DNA of 64,000 bases from Carcharhinus amblyrhynchos (lineage: Eukaryota), in the NCBI GenBank assembly GCA_965287045.1, contig OZ336881.1:50902001-50966000 (forward strand), written 5' to 3'. The notes under the pieces were generated by a model. That model saw nothing but the letters and a program-made list of their open reading frames with translations. It did no database searches and was not told the origin of the DNA. The position numbers were made by a program, and so were the translations under genes. This document shows positions 37,286 to 50,451 of the stretch, one piece after another (the stretch's first letter is position 1; each line of letters begins with the position of its first letter).

Positions 37286-39399
37286 CAGGATTGTGACTCT
37301 GTGGACTACTAAACAGTCTTAAAACTGTAATACGCTTTAAGCAGTAATGTGCTTAAAGCAGCAACCACAAGAAGAGATAAAGGACATTGTACAGGAAAAT
37401 TGAAGAAGACCCCAGATAGGGGGCAACTCAAAAAAGAAGTCCATAAACAATTACGTCCTAAAAGAGGCATCAAAGATCCCCAAACGGAGGGCATTGACAG
37501 ACCCTAGACAGTGGGCACTGAAAGACAATGATGCACCTCATGGACTTTGTCGTGATGTTTATTAGTAAGGAAAAATCATAGAAGCTATCAGCCCCCAGCC
37601 CCAGCCACCCCAAGAGATCCAATAGTGCATCCTCCAGAGTGCGTCCAGTCTCCGAACGTCTGGAGACTGGAAGATCTGGACCTATGTGCTGAAGGTGAGA
37701 TCTATTTAGAATAAACGTGAACACACTGTTGTGGAAGATGTAAATTTTATATTTGTAACTGATGTCTGCAATTTTTTCATTTGATTTTGAACATTCAGTT
37801 ACTAAAATCTTTTGGCATGGTTCTAGACCGGATTTTAAAATAATGATAAACCCTAGAACTATGGTTAAATCAATGTGCACACATTAAGAATGCTCTGCGA
37901 AGAAAAATAATTTACAATCGTTACTCAGTCACCTCTGTCATTTAATTGTAATGCTGAAATGAAGTGACCAGAGGGGGAGGGAAGGTAAGGGTCTGAATCA
38001 AAAATTAGGGCATAATGTGATATTCTCCTGTCTAAAAGCAGAGTCCAGCTTGTAAAATAGTTGCAAATATAAGCTTGTATTTATTTAAGAGACTCGATTG
38101 TTGGGCTTTGACTCCGTTTTTTGGGCCTCTTCCCTGGGTATGGTGGTGTTGTTGTTATACTTAAGCATTAATCTATCGCAGTGAGCAATCCAAATAAAGT
38201 GTTTTTTCAGAAAAATCTCATGTTAAATTATTGTTAAAAACATGTTCAGAAGAACATTTTACTTTTTAATTGGCCTCAACATTTAATGTTGGAAATATAA
38301 TGCAGTTTTCTAATGTGTTTTATTTGAACTGGAAACTTAAATGAAGTTGGCAGAAGATCACCATAGCCATTTAGCCTCATCAGTGCTTATATGTAAGTAA
38401 ATTATTGGTTGCTATGGTAGCATGGAGCACCTGTTCTGACTTATTAATCTCAGAGTTTACCAGGCTAACCCGGTGTGTTTTATTGTGTTATGGAAGCATT
38501 CTACGTGGGAAAGGGGAGAACGTGCAAATCGAGAATAGCTGCGGTTTTCTTAATTGCTGCCACTTTCCAAAAGCAGTGAGGAAACTCAAGACATTATGAG
38601 ATGCATGGCCCCAGCCCATAGATTTGACTTTGCTTTCGGTCCTTAAGAAGTTTCTGCGATTTTATTAGGTTGGCGTTTATGTTGATTTTTGCTGTGGATT
38701 CCAGCAACTTAATTCATCATATGTGAGCACAGTCTAAGCCTTGGCAGGTTGATCAACTGATATATTTTCCTCATCTGGCAGCCACACGCGTGCACTCTGC
38801 AGGATGGATTGTTCAATCACAATCAGGGGTAGGACAATGACCGAGATTTTGAATGACAAAGAAATTTCTATTTTTTTCAAGGGATGCTAAGGATGTGGCA
38901 AGCTTCCCAATCCTTAAAGACCTACCTTTGATCCCTCTGTACTCACCAACTGCTTTCCAACCTCCCCCTTCTTTGATCTCCCAAACCCTTGAATGTACTC
39001 CATGTCAATCTCTCCTGCAACTTTGTCTGCATCCCTCCAGTCAGCTTCCTGCCATTCCCATAGCATTATCAATGCTCATAATTGAATTCATATCTTCAGT
39101 GGTATGGCAACGATGCATTATCCCTCCTTTCCCTCTGACAGCTGCAACCTTCAACGCAGTTACATCCTTCTACAATTTCTTTTTCACGGGATAATCCCAA
39201 CAGGTTGGCCAACATGCTTACTTTTGTTTGTATTTGTTTTTGGGAAGTGGACCCTCTGTCTGAGGTCAGCTTTCTGATTACCTTTGCTGATCTTTCAACT
39301 CCCTCTACTGCCTCGATGCTACCTGATGCCTGGTGACCATTCTTCAATGAGCCTTAATTCCTATGGCTGAGCCACAGAAGATCAAAGCCACCACCTTTA

Positions 39400-39660
39400 G
39401 GCACGGTGGCACAGTGGTTAACACTGCTGCCTCACAGCACCAGGGACCCGGGTTTGATTCCTGGCTTGGGTCACTCTGTGTGGAATCTGCATGTTCTCCC
39501 CGTGTCTCTGTGGGTTTCCTCCCACAGCCCCAAAGACATGCTGGTTGGATGCATTGGCCATGCTAAATTCTCCCTCCTGTGTACCCGAACAGCCACTGGA
39601 GAGTGGCGAGTAGGGGATTTCATTGCCTACTTTTGACACAAATAAATGTTTAAAATAAAC
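39400..39660 (+). mobile_element. V-SINE-like element, tail type B
   Basis: ggcacggtggcacagtggttaacactgctgcctcacagcaccagggacccgggtttgattcc...gtgtacccgaacag...gcctactt. Confidence 0.88.
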
Positions 39661-39664
39661 AGTT

Positions 39665-39738
39665 TAAGAACATAAGAAATAGGAGCAGGAGTAGGCCATC
39701 TAGCCCTTCAAGCCTGCCCCGCCATTCAATAAGATCAT
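39665..39738 (-). mobile_element. Very short CR1 3' tail, near-identical to the young CR1 at 13103
   Basis: taagaacataagaaataggagcaggagtaggccatctagcccttcaagcctgccccgccattcaataagatcat versus 13103-13176: two mismatches by eye. Confidence 0.9.
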
Positions 39739-40325
39739 ATTCAGCCCCACCTTGAACTCCATTATTCTCCATTCTATCCCAGGCCCAACTCCATTCCCTT
39801 CCCAAACAGTCTGAAACAGAGAGCTGACATGCTGTTTGACCCTGAATTTAGTTTTCCACACTTACATCCTCTCAATTAGAAAAGCTCCCTGGTTGCAGCT
39901 CTGTCTGTTGGGTACTGAGGCCCTCATTCTTGCCTTCGGTCACCTCCAGATTTGCTCACTTCACTGCTCTCCTGGCCAGCTTGCCATCCTCCAAAATCTG
40001 TAGACTTCAACTCAGCCATAACCTGCTGCTCCATATCGTATCATGACTTCTCCCAACACTTCAAATTCTTAAATTCTTACCCTTGATCACCCCTCCTAAT
40101 AAAGGGAACATCTATTTATCCTGGTCTCTCTACAAAGCGCTTGAAGTCCTTATCTCTATTAGAAGTGCTTCATATGTGCAAGATTTTGGTGTTGATTCTT
40201 CAAAGAACCATTTCTTTGTGGTTTAAAAACACCCACCCTGATTCAACGAATAATGAAAACTCGAGTCTTCTAATGTATTATCGCTGTCACACCGCACATT
40301 CTATTTCCTGTACAATAATAGGTTA

Positions 40326-40544
40326 GATTCCTGGCTTGGGTCACTGTGTGTGTGGAGTTTGCACGTTCTCCCAGTGTCTGCATGGGTTTCCTCCCACAGT
40401 CCAAAAGACGTGCCAATTAGGTACCATGCTGAATTATCCCTCAGTGTACCCAACAGCTGCTGGAATGTGGTGACTAGGGGACTTTCACAGGAACTTTATT
40501 GCAGTGTTAATGTAAGCCTATTTGTGACACTAATAAATAAACTT
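40326..40544 (+). mobile_element. V-SINE-like element, tail type B (5' truncated)
   Basis: gattcctggcttgggtcactgtg...gcagtgttaatgtaagcctatttgtgacactaataaataaac. Confidence 0.85.
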
Positions 40545-41585
40545 TACAAGTGACTGGAAGTTTCTGTAGTGACTTTGCTATGTGTATCCATTTTCAATGT
40601 GCAGTTCAGTGTTGCTGTTCAGTTCAAATTGGGCTAGCCACACATTGTACCTTCATTGGGCGCATGGCCTAATCCAGAGAATGATGGCTTAAACCCCTTT
40701 ATACATTTTAGCTTGACTTGTAGTTAACATTGTATCCCTTTCACTACACCCTCAATTATATTTATTTGCACTTTTGAATAAACCTACTTTTGGTAAATGG
40801 ACTTCTGGGGATGGTTGTTGGGGGAATTACATAGTGAATAGACTGAAACTGATTAATTGCATCCTCTTGTTTTTAATCATTTATGACGTGCAGGAGATGT
40901 ACTAATTTTAATTGACTATTTGGAGTGTCTTCTTTTAGTTATTCTGACATTAGAATTTAAAGGAATTGCTGATGCTGTTGAAATGAATGTACGTGTAACA
41001 AAATGTGCTTTTGTGAGTGACAAGTAATAGTCGCACAAAGAGCATATGAAATATTAAACGGAGCAGATTCAGCAAATTGTACATTTGCCAAATTTAGAAA
41101 CATCAAAGATTTTTTTTTTCACCTTGTACTGCATTCTGGAAATGAATAAGATTTCCCTTATGATCTTTTTGATGTTGATTTGTTCTGTCAGTGCTTTCCT
41201 AAAATCTTTCATTCGCTGATGAGCGCACTCTCTCACACTCGCTCTTTTCTCTTCTCTCCATTCCCCCTCCTCCTCTCCCTCTTAATTCTTCTGAAAATCT
41301 GGTTCTCCCTCTTTCCTCCACCGCCAAATAGGCTCAGCCCTATCCCTCTTCCCTCCGAACCAAATCTCACTCTCCCCCTTTCACTCTCCACATTATCACT
41401 CCTCCACAAATCTTGCTTTCCATTTCTGCCAATTCCTACTCTCACACCTCCCCCATTCACACTTGGTCTCCCTCCTGTTTTCTTCCTTCCACACCCTTCT
41501 CCCAAATGGTTTTCTCCCTTCCTCTCTGCACATGCTCTCTCCCTCCCCTCCCCTTCCCCACGATTTCACCCTCCCCCACCCTGCC

Positions 41586-43700
41586 CTCCCCCGTGATCTC
41601 TCTCTCTCTCACCCCCCCCTCCCCGTGATCTCTCTCTCTCTCTCTCACCCCCCCTCCCCGTGATCTCTCTCACCCCCCCTCCCCGTGATCTCTCTCACCC
41701 CCCCCTCCCCGTGATCTCTCTCACCCCCCCTCCCCGTGATCTCTCTCACCCCCCCTCCCCGTGATCTCTCTCACCCCCCCTCCCCGTGATCTCTCTCACC
41801 CCCCCTCCCCGTGATCTCTCTCACCCCCCCTCCCCGTGATCTCTCTCACCCCCCCCTCCCCGTGATCTCTCTCACCCCCCCTCCCCGTGATCTCTCTCAC
41901 CCCCCCTCCCCGTGATCTCTCTCACCCCCCCTCCCCGTGATCTCTCTCACCCCCCCTCCCCGTGATCTCTCTCACCCCCCCCTCCCCGTGATCTCTCTCA
42001 CCCCCCCCTCCCCGTGATCTCTCTCACCCCCCCTCCCCGTGATCTCTCTCACCCCCCCTCCCCGTGATCTCTCTCACCCCCCCTCCCCGTGATCTCTCTC
42101 ACCCCCCCTCCCTGTGATCTCTCTCACCCCCCCTCCCCGTGATCTCTCTCTCTCACCCCCCCCCCGTGATCTCTCTCTCTCTCTCTCTCTCACCCCCCCG
42201 TGATCTCTCTCTCTCACCCCCCCGTGATCTCTCTCTCTCACCCCCCCGTGATCTCTCTCTCTCACCCCCCCGTGATCTCTCTCTCTCACCCCCCCGTGAT
42301 CTCTCTCTCTCACCCCCCCGTGATCTCTCTCTCTCACCCCCCCGTGATCTCTCTCTCTCACCCCCCCGTGATCTCTCTCTCTCACCCCCCCGTGATCTCT
42401 CTCTCTCACCCCCCCGTGATCTCTCTCTCTCACCCCCCCGTGATCTCTCTCTCTCACCCCCCCCGTGATCTCTCTCTCTCACCCCCCCGTGATCTCTCTC
42501 TCTCACCCCCCCGTGATCTCTCTCTCTCACCCCCCCGTGATCTCTCTCTCTCACCCCCCCGTGATCTCTCTCTCTCACCCCCCCGTGATCTCTCTCTCTC
42601 ACCCCCCCGTGATCTCTCTCTCTCACCCCCCCGTGATCTCTCTCTCTCACCCCCCCGTGATCTCTCTCTCTCACCCCCCCGTGATCTCTCTCTCTCACCC
42701 CCCCGTGATCTCTCTCTCACCCCCCCCCTGTGATCTCTCTCTCACCCCCCCCCCCCCCGTGATCTCTCTCTCACCCCCCCCCCGTGATCTCTCTCTCACC
42801 CCCCCCCGTGATCTCTCTCTCACCCCGCCCCCGTGATCTCTCTCTCACCCCGCCCCCGTGATCTCTCTCTCTCACCCCCCCCCCGTGATCTCTCTCTCTC
42901 TCTCTCTCCCCCCCCCCCCGTGATCTCTCTCTCTCACCCCCCCCCGTGATCTCTCTCTCTCTCTCTCCCCCCCCCCGTGATCTCTCTCTCTCACCCCCCC
43001 GTGATCTCTCTCTCTCACCCCCCCCCCCGTGATCTCTCTCTCACCCCCCCCCGTGATCTCTCTCTCACCCCCCCCCCGTGATCTCTCTCTCACCCCCCCC
43101 GTGATCTCTCTCTCACCCCCCCCGTGATCTCTCTCTCACCCCCCCCGTGATCTCTCTCTCACCCCCCCCCGTGATCTCTCTCTCACCCCGCCCCCGTGAT
43201 CTCTCTCTCTCACCCCCCCCCCCCCGTGATCTCTCTCTCTCTCACCCCCCCCCCCCCCCGTGATCTCTCTCTCTCACCCCCCCCCCCCGTGATCTCTCTC
43301 TCTCACCCCCCCCCCCCCGTGATCTCTCTCTCTCACCCCCCCCCCCCGTGATCTCTCTCTCTCACCCCCCCCCCCCGTGATCTCTCTCTCTCTCACCCCC
43401 CCCCCCCGTGATCTCTCTCTCTCACCCCCCCCCCCGTGATCTCTCTCTCTCACCCCCCCCCCCCCGTGATCTCTCTCTCTCTCACCCCCCCTCCCCGTGA
43501 TCTCTCTCTCACCCCCCCCCCTCCCCGTGATCTCTCTCTCACCCCCCCCCCCTCCCCGTGATCTCTCTCTCACCCCCCCCCTCCCCGTGATCTCTCTCTC
43601 ACCCCCCCCCTCCCCGTGATCTCTCTCTCACCCCCCCCCTCCCCGTGATCTCTCTCTCACCCCCCCCCTCCCCGTGATTTCTCTCTCACCCCCTCTCCCC
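41586..43700. repeat. ~2.1 kb minisatellite C(n)GTGA(TC)nTCA, unit ~22-30 bp
   Basis: Directly visible, with homogeneous blocks of 25-bp (~41670-42130) and 24-bp (~42190-42710) units; flanked by polypyrimidine tracts. Confidence 0.97.
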
Positions 43701-45711
43701 CTTTGCCTGGCCTTCTATCTCTATCTCTCTCTTTCTCTCTATCTCTCTTCCCCCCTGCCCCCCTCAACATTTGCCCCAATCAGTGACTTCTGACCTGGGA
43801 CCTCATCCTAACTCAGATGGTTATGGAAGAGACAGCAGCTTCCATCTCCTCAGTGATGCTGCCATTCAAAAGAGCTGCTTGGTACAGGTTGACCAGCAGC
43901 TCCTGGCTGGCATGACATCGACTCCCTGGGTCTTTGATCCTGGGGGAAAACCCGCAGCCTGGCTGTCCATTGCCTTAGTGGAATAAGATGCCTTATCCAA
44001 AAGATGCAGCACGGGATACTCACCTGCCTCGTAGCTGATGCCCCATCACCTCCAAGTTTCTGGCTACAGATTTGCTTGATTTCTAAGCCTTACTTATACT
44101 AAAGCGGAACATAATTTGTAATAAGTTACTTTCTGTATGCAATTTACTGCTCCTTTCTTCTGTACTTTTCTGTATGAGACTTGATGACATTGCAGATGCT
44201 TACTTGGGCCAAGTGATTGATAGTGGTGAGCATAAGATGTAGTGTAAGAGGTTGCTTTCTTTTTGGTGTTTGGTCTTTGTCAGTATGAATACAGCTTTAA
44301 TGCTGGAGTATAGCGCATAATTGTTCTTGCTTTCAATAGCCATGTCTTCGAATGTATCAGAGTTCAGAGGAACCTCTGGGAAATAAGTTTTTTTTTTATT
44401 GGCCTGGATGAGTCTCATCTTTCCTTCAGAAAGCTCTTCTGTCATCTTTACCACTTGCAGCATTTTTCCCCTACTTCATAAAGTTTGAGGGGCTTGTTTG
44501 GAATGCTATGATCTTTGTGCTTTGAAAGATCCTCCCTGTGCAGTATTAGCATAGAAGCCTCCTTTCAATTGCAAGTTTGGGATTTGTGTCTTTTAGGGTA
44601 TCGTATGTCTGACCTTATCTGTTACTCCATTTAACGTTTTGAGAAAAAGGTCTCAAGTCTTTGTGTTTATCTGTTTTACCTCCCTCAATTGCTGTGGTGA
44701 AAAGAGTGTCCCTTTTAGTACGGCACTGAAAGGCCATCTCCACTCTGACCTACCCTGTGGCTCTTCTGAAAATTGTTCTCAAGTGAGTGGATGATTTCAC
44801 AGTGAGAATGGAATTACGCAGGGGCAGTCGCATATCAAAAAAATTCTTTCACTTCCTTTTAAATGATCTATTGGTTATTTTGGTTGCTGCTGTCGCGGTC
44901 CCCCCGAAAGGCACAGCCATTTAACAGACATGAATACCAGCAGGAGAGCTCAACCAGCAGTAGCTTCTCCCTTGCTTTGACCTACCCCAAAGGCCTTCAT
45001 AATTAATCGCCCTTCAGAGATAGGGAGAAGTTCAAAGACTGAATGTGGTGATATCTATTGTCTGACATTCAGTTCTCCTTACCCACAGCTCTGTCAGCTC
45101 AGTTCTTTCTTCATTCCGGAGAGGATTATCAATTGGAGCAAAGACTTGGTTCTTCAAACAGCTGCTGGGGGTCACAGCCTACAGTGAAGCATGTATTTCT
45201 ACTCACAATAAAGTTAAAATGCAGGAGCCAATAGTTCAAACGCAAAGGTGTGAGGGAATTCAGTGAGCAAACTGAGTAAAAAGGAAGACTACATTGACAG
45301 AGCACAAATTATTCTCTGAATAACCTTTTGCGTTTTTTTATGCTTGCTTACCTTGTCACAGGGCTTTCAAATTCTACATGACATTGATTATTTGTGTGAC
45401 ATTTAGGAAGCAATCGTCTATCAAAGGGAACTTCATAAGATATTTTCAATATTCTTTTAAATGTTTTACGTAAGGTTACCAGAATTATTTTGGGTTGCAG
45501 TTATACTGCAGCTATTGACCTGAGACTGCTCTCTGTCAGCTGCAGTGCGCAGTCAGCAGACGTAGTTGCATCGGACTTAATGCAGTGTGACCACGATCAA
45601 GGTGCAGCAATAACAGAGCTGTGCAGCGAGCAGACTTCACTTTTTTTGTCACTAACCTTTAATATTGGAAAAGTGAAGCAGGACTGGCTACTGGTCCCTG
45701 TTACTATTAAT

Positions 45712-45870
45712 CCTTTCAAAAGGGAATTAGATTAATACTTGAAGGGGGAAAGATGCAAGGCTGTGGGGAAAGTGCAGCAGAATAGGACTAAATGAGTAGC
45801 TCCTTAAAAGGGTCGACACAGGCACTTCGGGCTAAATGATCTCCTTCTGTGCTGTATGATTCTGTGATAC
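45712..45870 (+). mobile_element. CR1 3' end fragment
   Basis: ctttcaaaagggaattagattaatacttgaaggggg...gggctaaatgatctccttctgtgctgtatgattctgtgat. Confidence 0.72.
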
Positions 45871-48800
45871 TGCCACCACCACTGCTGTTTATGCTATAAA
45901 AGACACATGCAAAACATTCAATTTGAAAAAATAACTACAACTGTATTAGATCTTTTCAAAATCATTCATGCTTTAAGAACCTGGTCCATGCGGTATTCAT
46001 CTTTCAGTGTCCTCTGGTTACAAATACTTTGACCATCTTCATAGCTGCCCTTTCCATTTTCAAAATGAACATTTTTTATGCATAGTATGAACCTATGATG
46101 AATTCTAGAAACACAGAGATCATACTTCTATTTTTAGAATGTCTATTTTCTATACAAATTTCTATTTTTACCTTGCATCCCTGTGAATCAGCTTGGAACT
46201 TTTTCTATACTGAAAAGCCATTGTTAGTGCAAGTTGATCTTGTAGATTTTGCCCCTTATATTGGAGTCCTCAATTCCTGGTGAGCCTGCCACTTTTGAAA
46301 ATGTAGCTTTGTATAGGGTGAAAGGTGGATTGCAGCCGGCGCAAACTCTTAAAGGCATGAAATGGAGATATTTGCACTATGCCTAGGCATCAGATTTGTA
46401 CTTCACATCTGAGTTGTGTTGCCATCTTTTGCAATGGTGCACACCAGCACAAAAATGTGAGTTATGAGTACAACTTTAGAAATGTCCTTTTGTTTTATTA
46501 TTTATTGTACCCAATAACCACTTCTGTTCAATTTTTTTAAAAAATCACTTAATAATTCCTAATGTTTGTAGTGCGGGGATTTCTAAATTTCTGAAGTTGC
46601 ATATCAAAATAATGCAACACCCTAGTTACTTCTGGTATGGCAAATAATTCAGAGATGGGAATTCCGATTTCTTGAAAGTGAGGTCAAGGCTGCAGTTTAC
46701 AAATGCCACTAAAGCTAAATTCATACCACAGCAATGCATTGTACAGAAAACATTTATGGAGTCATTTATTTAAAATAAAAATGGCAGAGTATTGATACTG
46801 CAAGGTACTGTGCCAGATATGTTCACACCCAAGGTTGCTCACAACTGTGGCATTGAGCAAAGGGAAAATAAATGAGTTACTCTGGCCTATCAGAACATTG
46901 TGAAAGGCCTGGGAACATTTCACCTCGCTACTACGCTTTATGGTGATTTGTGCGAGGTATCAGAATGTGTTTTTTAAAAAAAATCGAATTTATAACTGGA
47001 GAAAGCATACGTTACTTATAGTGCTGCAGTGGGTGCACAGAGTGCATTTGCACTGTAAAGTTAGCATGATATAGATCTGCAAGGTAATAAAAGTGAAGTG
47101 GAATATTTCAACCCAAAGGAATAACACGTGACTTGACCAGAACTGTTACAACTTTTAAACACTGTTCAAGATTTTATAACTTGTTCATAATGTGCAAGCT
47201 CAAAACATACTTAAGTGGCTATTTCGTTAACATACTGACCCTGTTGGAATTTCTCTCTCTTGTCTTTTCAAACAGCAATATTTTGGCATGTAAATATCAA
47301 ATTATAATAAACTGTAGACAAATAAATTACTTATCCATTATGTCCGCTGAATAAACTTTGCGAAATATTTCTACATCGCTGCTGAAGTAAAAATATTTAA
47401 CTGTGTTATATTTTCGCTGGTCTTTGCAAATCTCAGTTTTACTAGTATCTCTTGGGTGAAGTATGAAATTTATGTTTGTATTGTTCATTGATGAAAATTC
47501 CCTTGGAGAATATTGTCTGCATTAGGCATAAGATCCTCATGAATGATCTGTAACAATTTCCACCTAATCTATAGCAGTTGGTGCTGTGCTGTACTCTTCT
47601 GGGGTGAACCAGCGTGTGTACTGAAACTTTATTGTGCTCTCTTTAATAATGAACCCACAGCTGGTAAAAAACACTTGTTGTGCTAGATTTCCTGAGGCAG
47701 TCTACATAGAATAAATACAAAGTTATCAATCAAGTGACATATTTTTCATTTTGGGTTTGATCATATATTCATACATACATGTGTGTGTATTTAGTATATA
47801 TGCACAAAAACTTAAAGCGAAATTAGAAGTAGATGCTGTTGATATGGTAATGCAAAAGGACTCATAAAAAATTGAAACTGTTCTTATGAATCTTTAATTA
47901 GAAGCAATGAAAGGGGCACTACTGGAGCCAAATGCTTTGTTACAATCTTTTCTCATTGGTTACTTGCCACTATTCTTCCATCTTCACAAGCAGACATTCA
48001 CTTAAAGCTGACAAAAGTCACTTGAAGCCCAGACAGCTGTAGTCACACAAACACCTCCACCGCACAGAAAGCCTGTTCACACTTAATTAGCGACACTTTA
48101 AAAGAAGCTTCTTTAATTTTTGTTTGTGTTTGGTCCACAGGCTAACACTTGAACCTGAAGTTTCATCCTAATTTCTCTTGTACATAAGTATCTCTGTTTG
48201 GGAGAGAGTAGAGAAGAGGGAGGTTGAATCAATCTGCAGTATGTATTCAGAGCCTCTGAAGGATTCACTTTCATTTTTTTGTCTCCCATGTCACCTTGTG
48301 TGCAGTCTGGTCTGTGACACTGATGGTGATTATGTCATTATTTTGCTCTAGGGGGCTTTGACACATCTGCAAAGCTGATGCACATCTTCTTCCAGTGCTG
48401 GCATACGGCCCACATCCCCAATGCTTCATTAGTCACCACTGCCTAGCCATCGCCAGACAAAACGCCCAGCTTCGAGCTGCCTCCCCACTGCATTGTCCGT
48501 GCTGTGCTCCTTGTCAGTGTTTGTGATTGGTTTATTCAAGCACCTCCTTTTCTTGTTCTCACTCCATGCTCCAGATGTCCTGATTTCTGCCTGTATAAGC
48601 AGAAAGCTACATAATAAAAACAAGGTGACTTGTTAACCCTTTCATTCTGCTGTGCCAAATAAGACCCCTCATTTTCTGAACAAGGGCCTAAAACTCTTCC
48701 AAATTCAGCGGCTGTCAGTGTCATACACAAATTTGCATGGCTGTGGAAGTCAGTAAACCTCTTCAATACCCAAGTCAGAGAAATGTTGCAAGTTATATGA

Positions 48801-50169
48801 AATGCAGATTATTCTGTGTGTCTGCATTTGCCTGTGTGTCGTTTGTGTGTGGGGATTTGTGTGTGTAATTCTCAGTATACGGTTCAATATTTACTGCAGC
48901 TGTACTAATGTTGGAGCCAAACATTTGATCTTGAGATGTCTGCTCGAATATGTGATTTGTTGTGGTCCAAGTTGCATGTGCTTTTATGACATTGAAATGT
49001 TTCTCCCACCAGCTCCTCCCACCTATTCCACCTCTCTCCTGTGCGCGCCACCCCCCCTCCCCCCCCCAGTGTAATTTTCCTTCGGACATTGATGAAATAT
49101 GTATGCATGTTGGTGCATTAGTTAAGAGAATACGCAGAAATGAAATAATGTGGGGAAATGTTGTTGTCTAAGTTATGTGCCAGAAATGCAATTTCTACTG
49201 TTTCATGTATACATTCCATTTTTTTCTGGATCAAATGCTTTTTGAAAATTATTCCTTTCTCCCTCCTCACTAGAAGTGTTCCTTTGATGGGCTCTGATCG
49301 CCCAAGTGAAGGAAGGCTACTCAATTACCAATTTTTTTGCTATGAGGTACATGTTCAGTTCGGTACTGGCTTAAAGTGCATCAGTTTCTGAGCTGGGTCT
49401 AATTGCTATGATGGTCATTTTGTACAAACAAAACTTTGGTTCGTTACTGGATGTCTCGAATTTTTACTTTTGAGTTTGACTGCCAGATTCTTGTAATATT
49501 GAATCCTATATTTTATTTCACGAGAAATCCAAGCACAAATAGGATTGTTTCACTCTTGGGAATGCAGAGCAGAAATTCCAACAGATCCTTTTTTGAGAGT
49601 GAACTTCAAAGTTATTTGAGCATTTTTTTTGTTTTTAAGCAAAGCCTGACACCCTAAAATTGATGTAAATACTGGCAGTATTTCAGCATGAGAATGGTTC
49701 CCTTTTTATTGTAAAACGGTCTTAATATATTTTAATTTTTATTAATGGAGTTGTTCTGAACCAACTAAATGTGCGGCTCACCTGATGCAAGGCTGGTGCG
49801 TTTCTGAGTGTAGTACGAGGGTGGGCAACAATTAGATGGTTAATCAGGAAACTAAATTATGAAGAAGGATAAAAAGGTTAAGAAAATTTTAGTTCTTTGG
49901 AGGGGGGAGGAGGCTTTTTTGGTTAACAACTTGCAAAATTATGAAGGTATTGATGTCAATCCATTGCCATGTTTAAAATTGGAATATAAATTTTTCTATT
50001 TTTGTTTTGAAAACTGTAAGAATGGGTATGTATGTAGCTGAGTACTATGGGGAACCTTGTCTTTCCTAGTGAACATAATCAAATCTGATCTATTATAGTT
50101 AATCAAGTTGTGAACTTTTAAGAAATTATACTGAAATAATACTTAATAATAGTAAAAGAGCTTTCTCTA

Positions 50170-50451
50170 TGGGGGACACAGTAGTCAGCACTGCTGCAAC
50201 AGTGCTAGGGACCCAGGTTTGGTTCCCAGTTGGGTAACTGTGGAGTTTGCATGTTCTCCCCATGTTCACGTGGGTTTCCTTCTCACTGTCCGAAGAAGTG
50301 CAGATTAGGTGGATTGCCCCTTCGTGTCAGGGGGATTAGCTAGGGATTAGCATGGGATTATGGGGATAGGGCCATGGGAGAGGGGGGATTGTGGTCAGTG
50401 TAGACTCGATGGGCCAAATGACCTCCTTCTGCACTGTAGGGATTCTATGAT
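50170..50451 (+). mobile_element. HE1-type shark SINE (tail type A, CR1-derived)
   Basis: tRNA-like head, V-type core, tail gactcgatgggccaaatgacctccttctgcactgtagggattctatga. Confidence 0.82.

Larger units (their letters stand above)
38880..40080 (+). mobile_element. Decayed L2 LINE, interrupted by a SINE and a CR1 tail
   Basis: ~39920-40015 reads LILAF/VTSRFAHFTALLASLPSSKICRLQL, like the L2 motif LIHAFVTSRLDY.NALLAGLP...LQL. ~39135 LTAATFNAV resembles LSAAFDTV. Confidence 0.6.

Noticed and set aside
39400-39470. tRNA gene (also at other SINE heads)
   Set aside because: The A/B boxes belong to SINE heads that continue into core and tail; no complete cloverleaf.
41180-43573. Repetitive ORFs (RERDHGGV, ISLSHPPV, PPRDLSLS)
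   Set aside because: Translations of the minisatellite and polypyrimidine tract; open in several frames on both strands.
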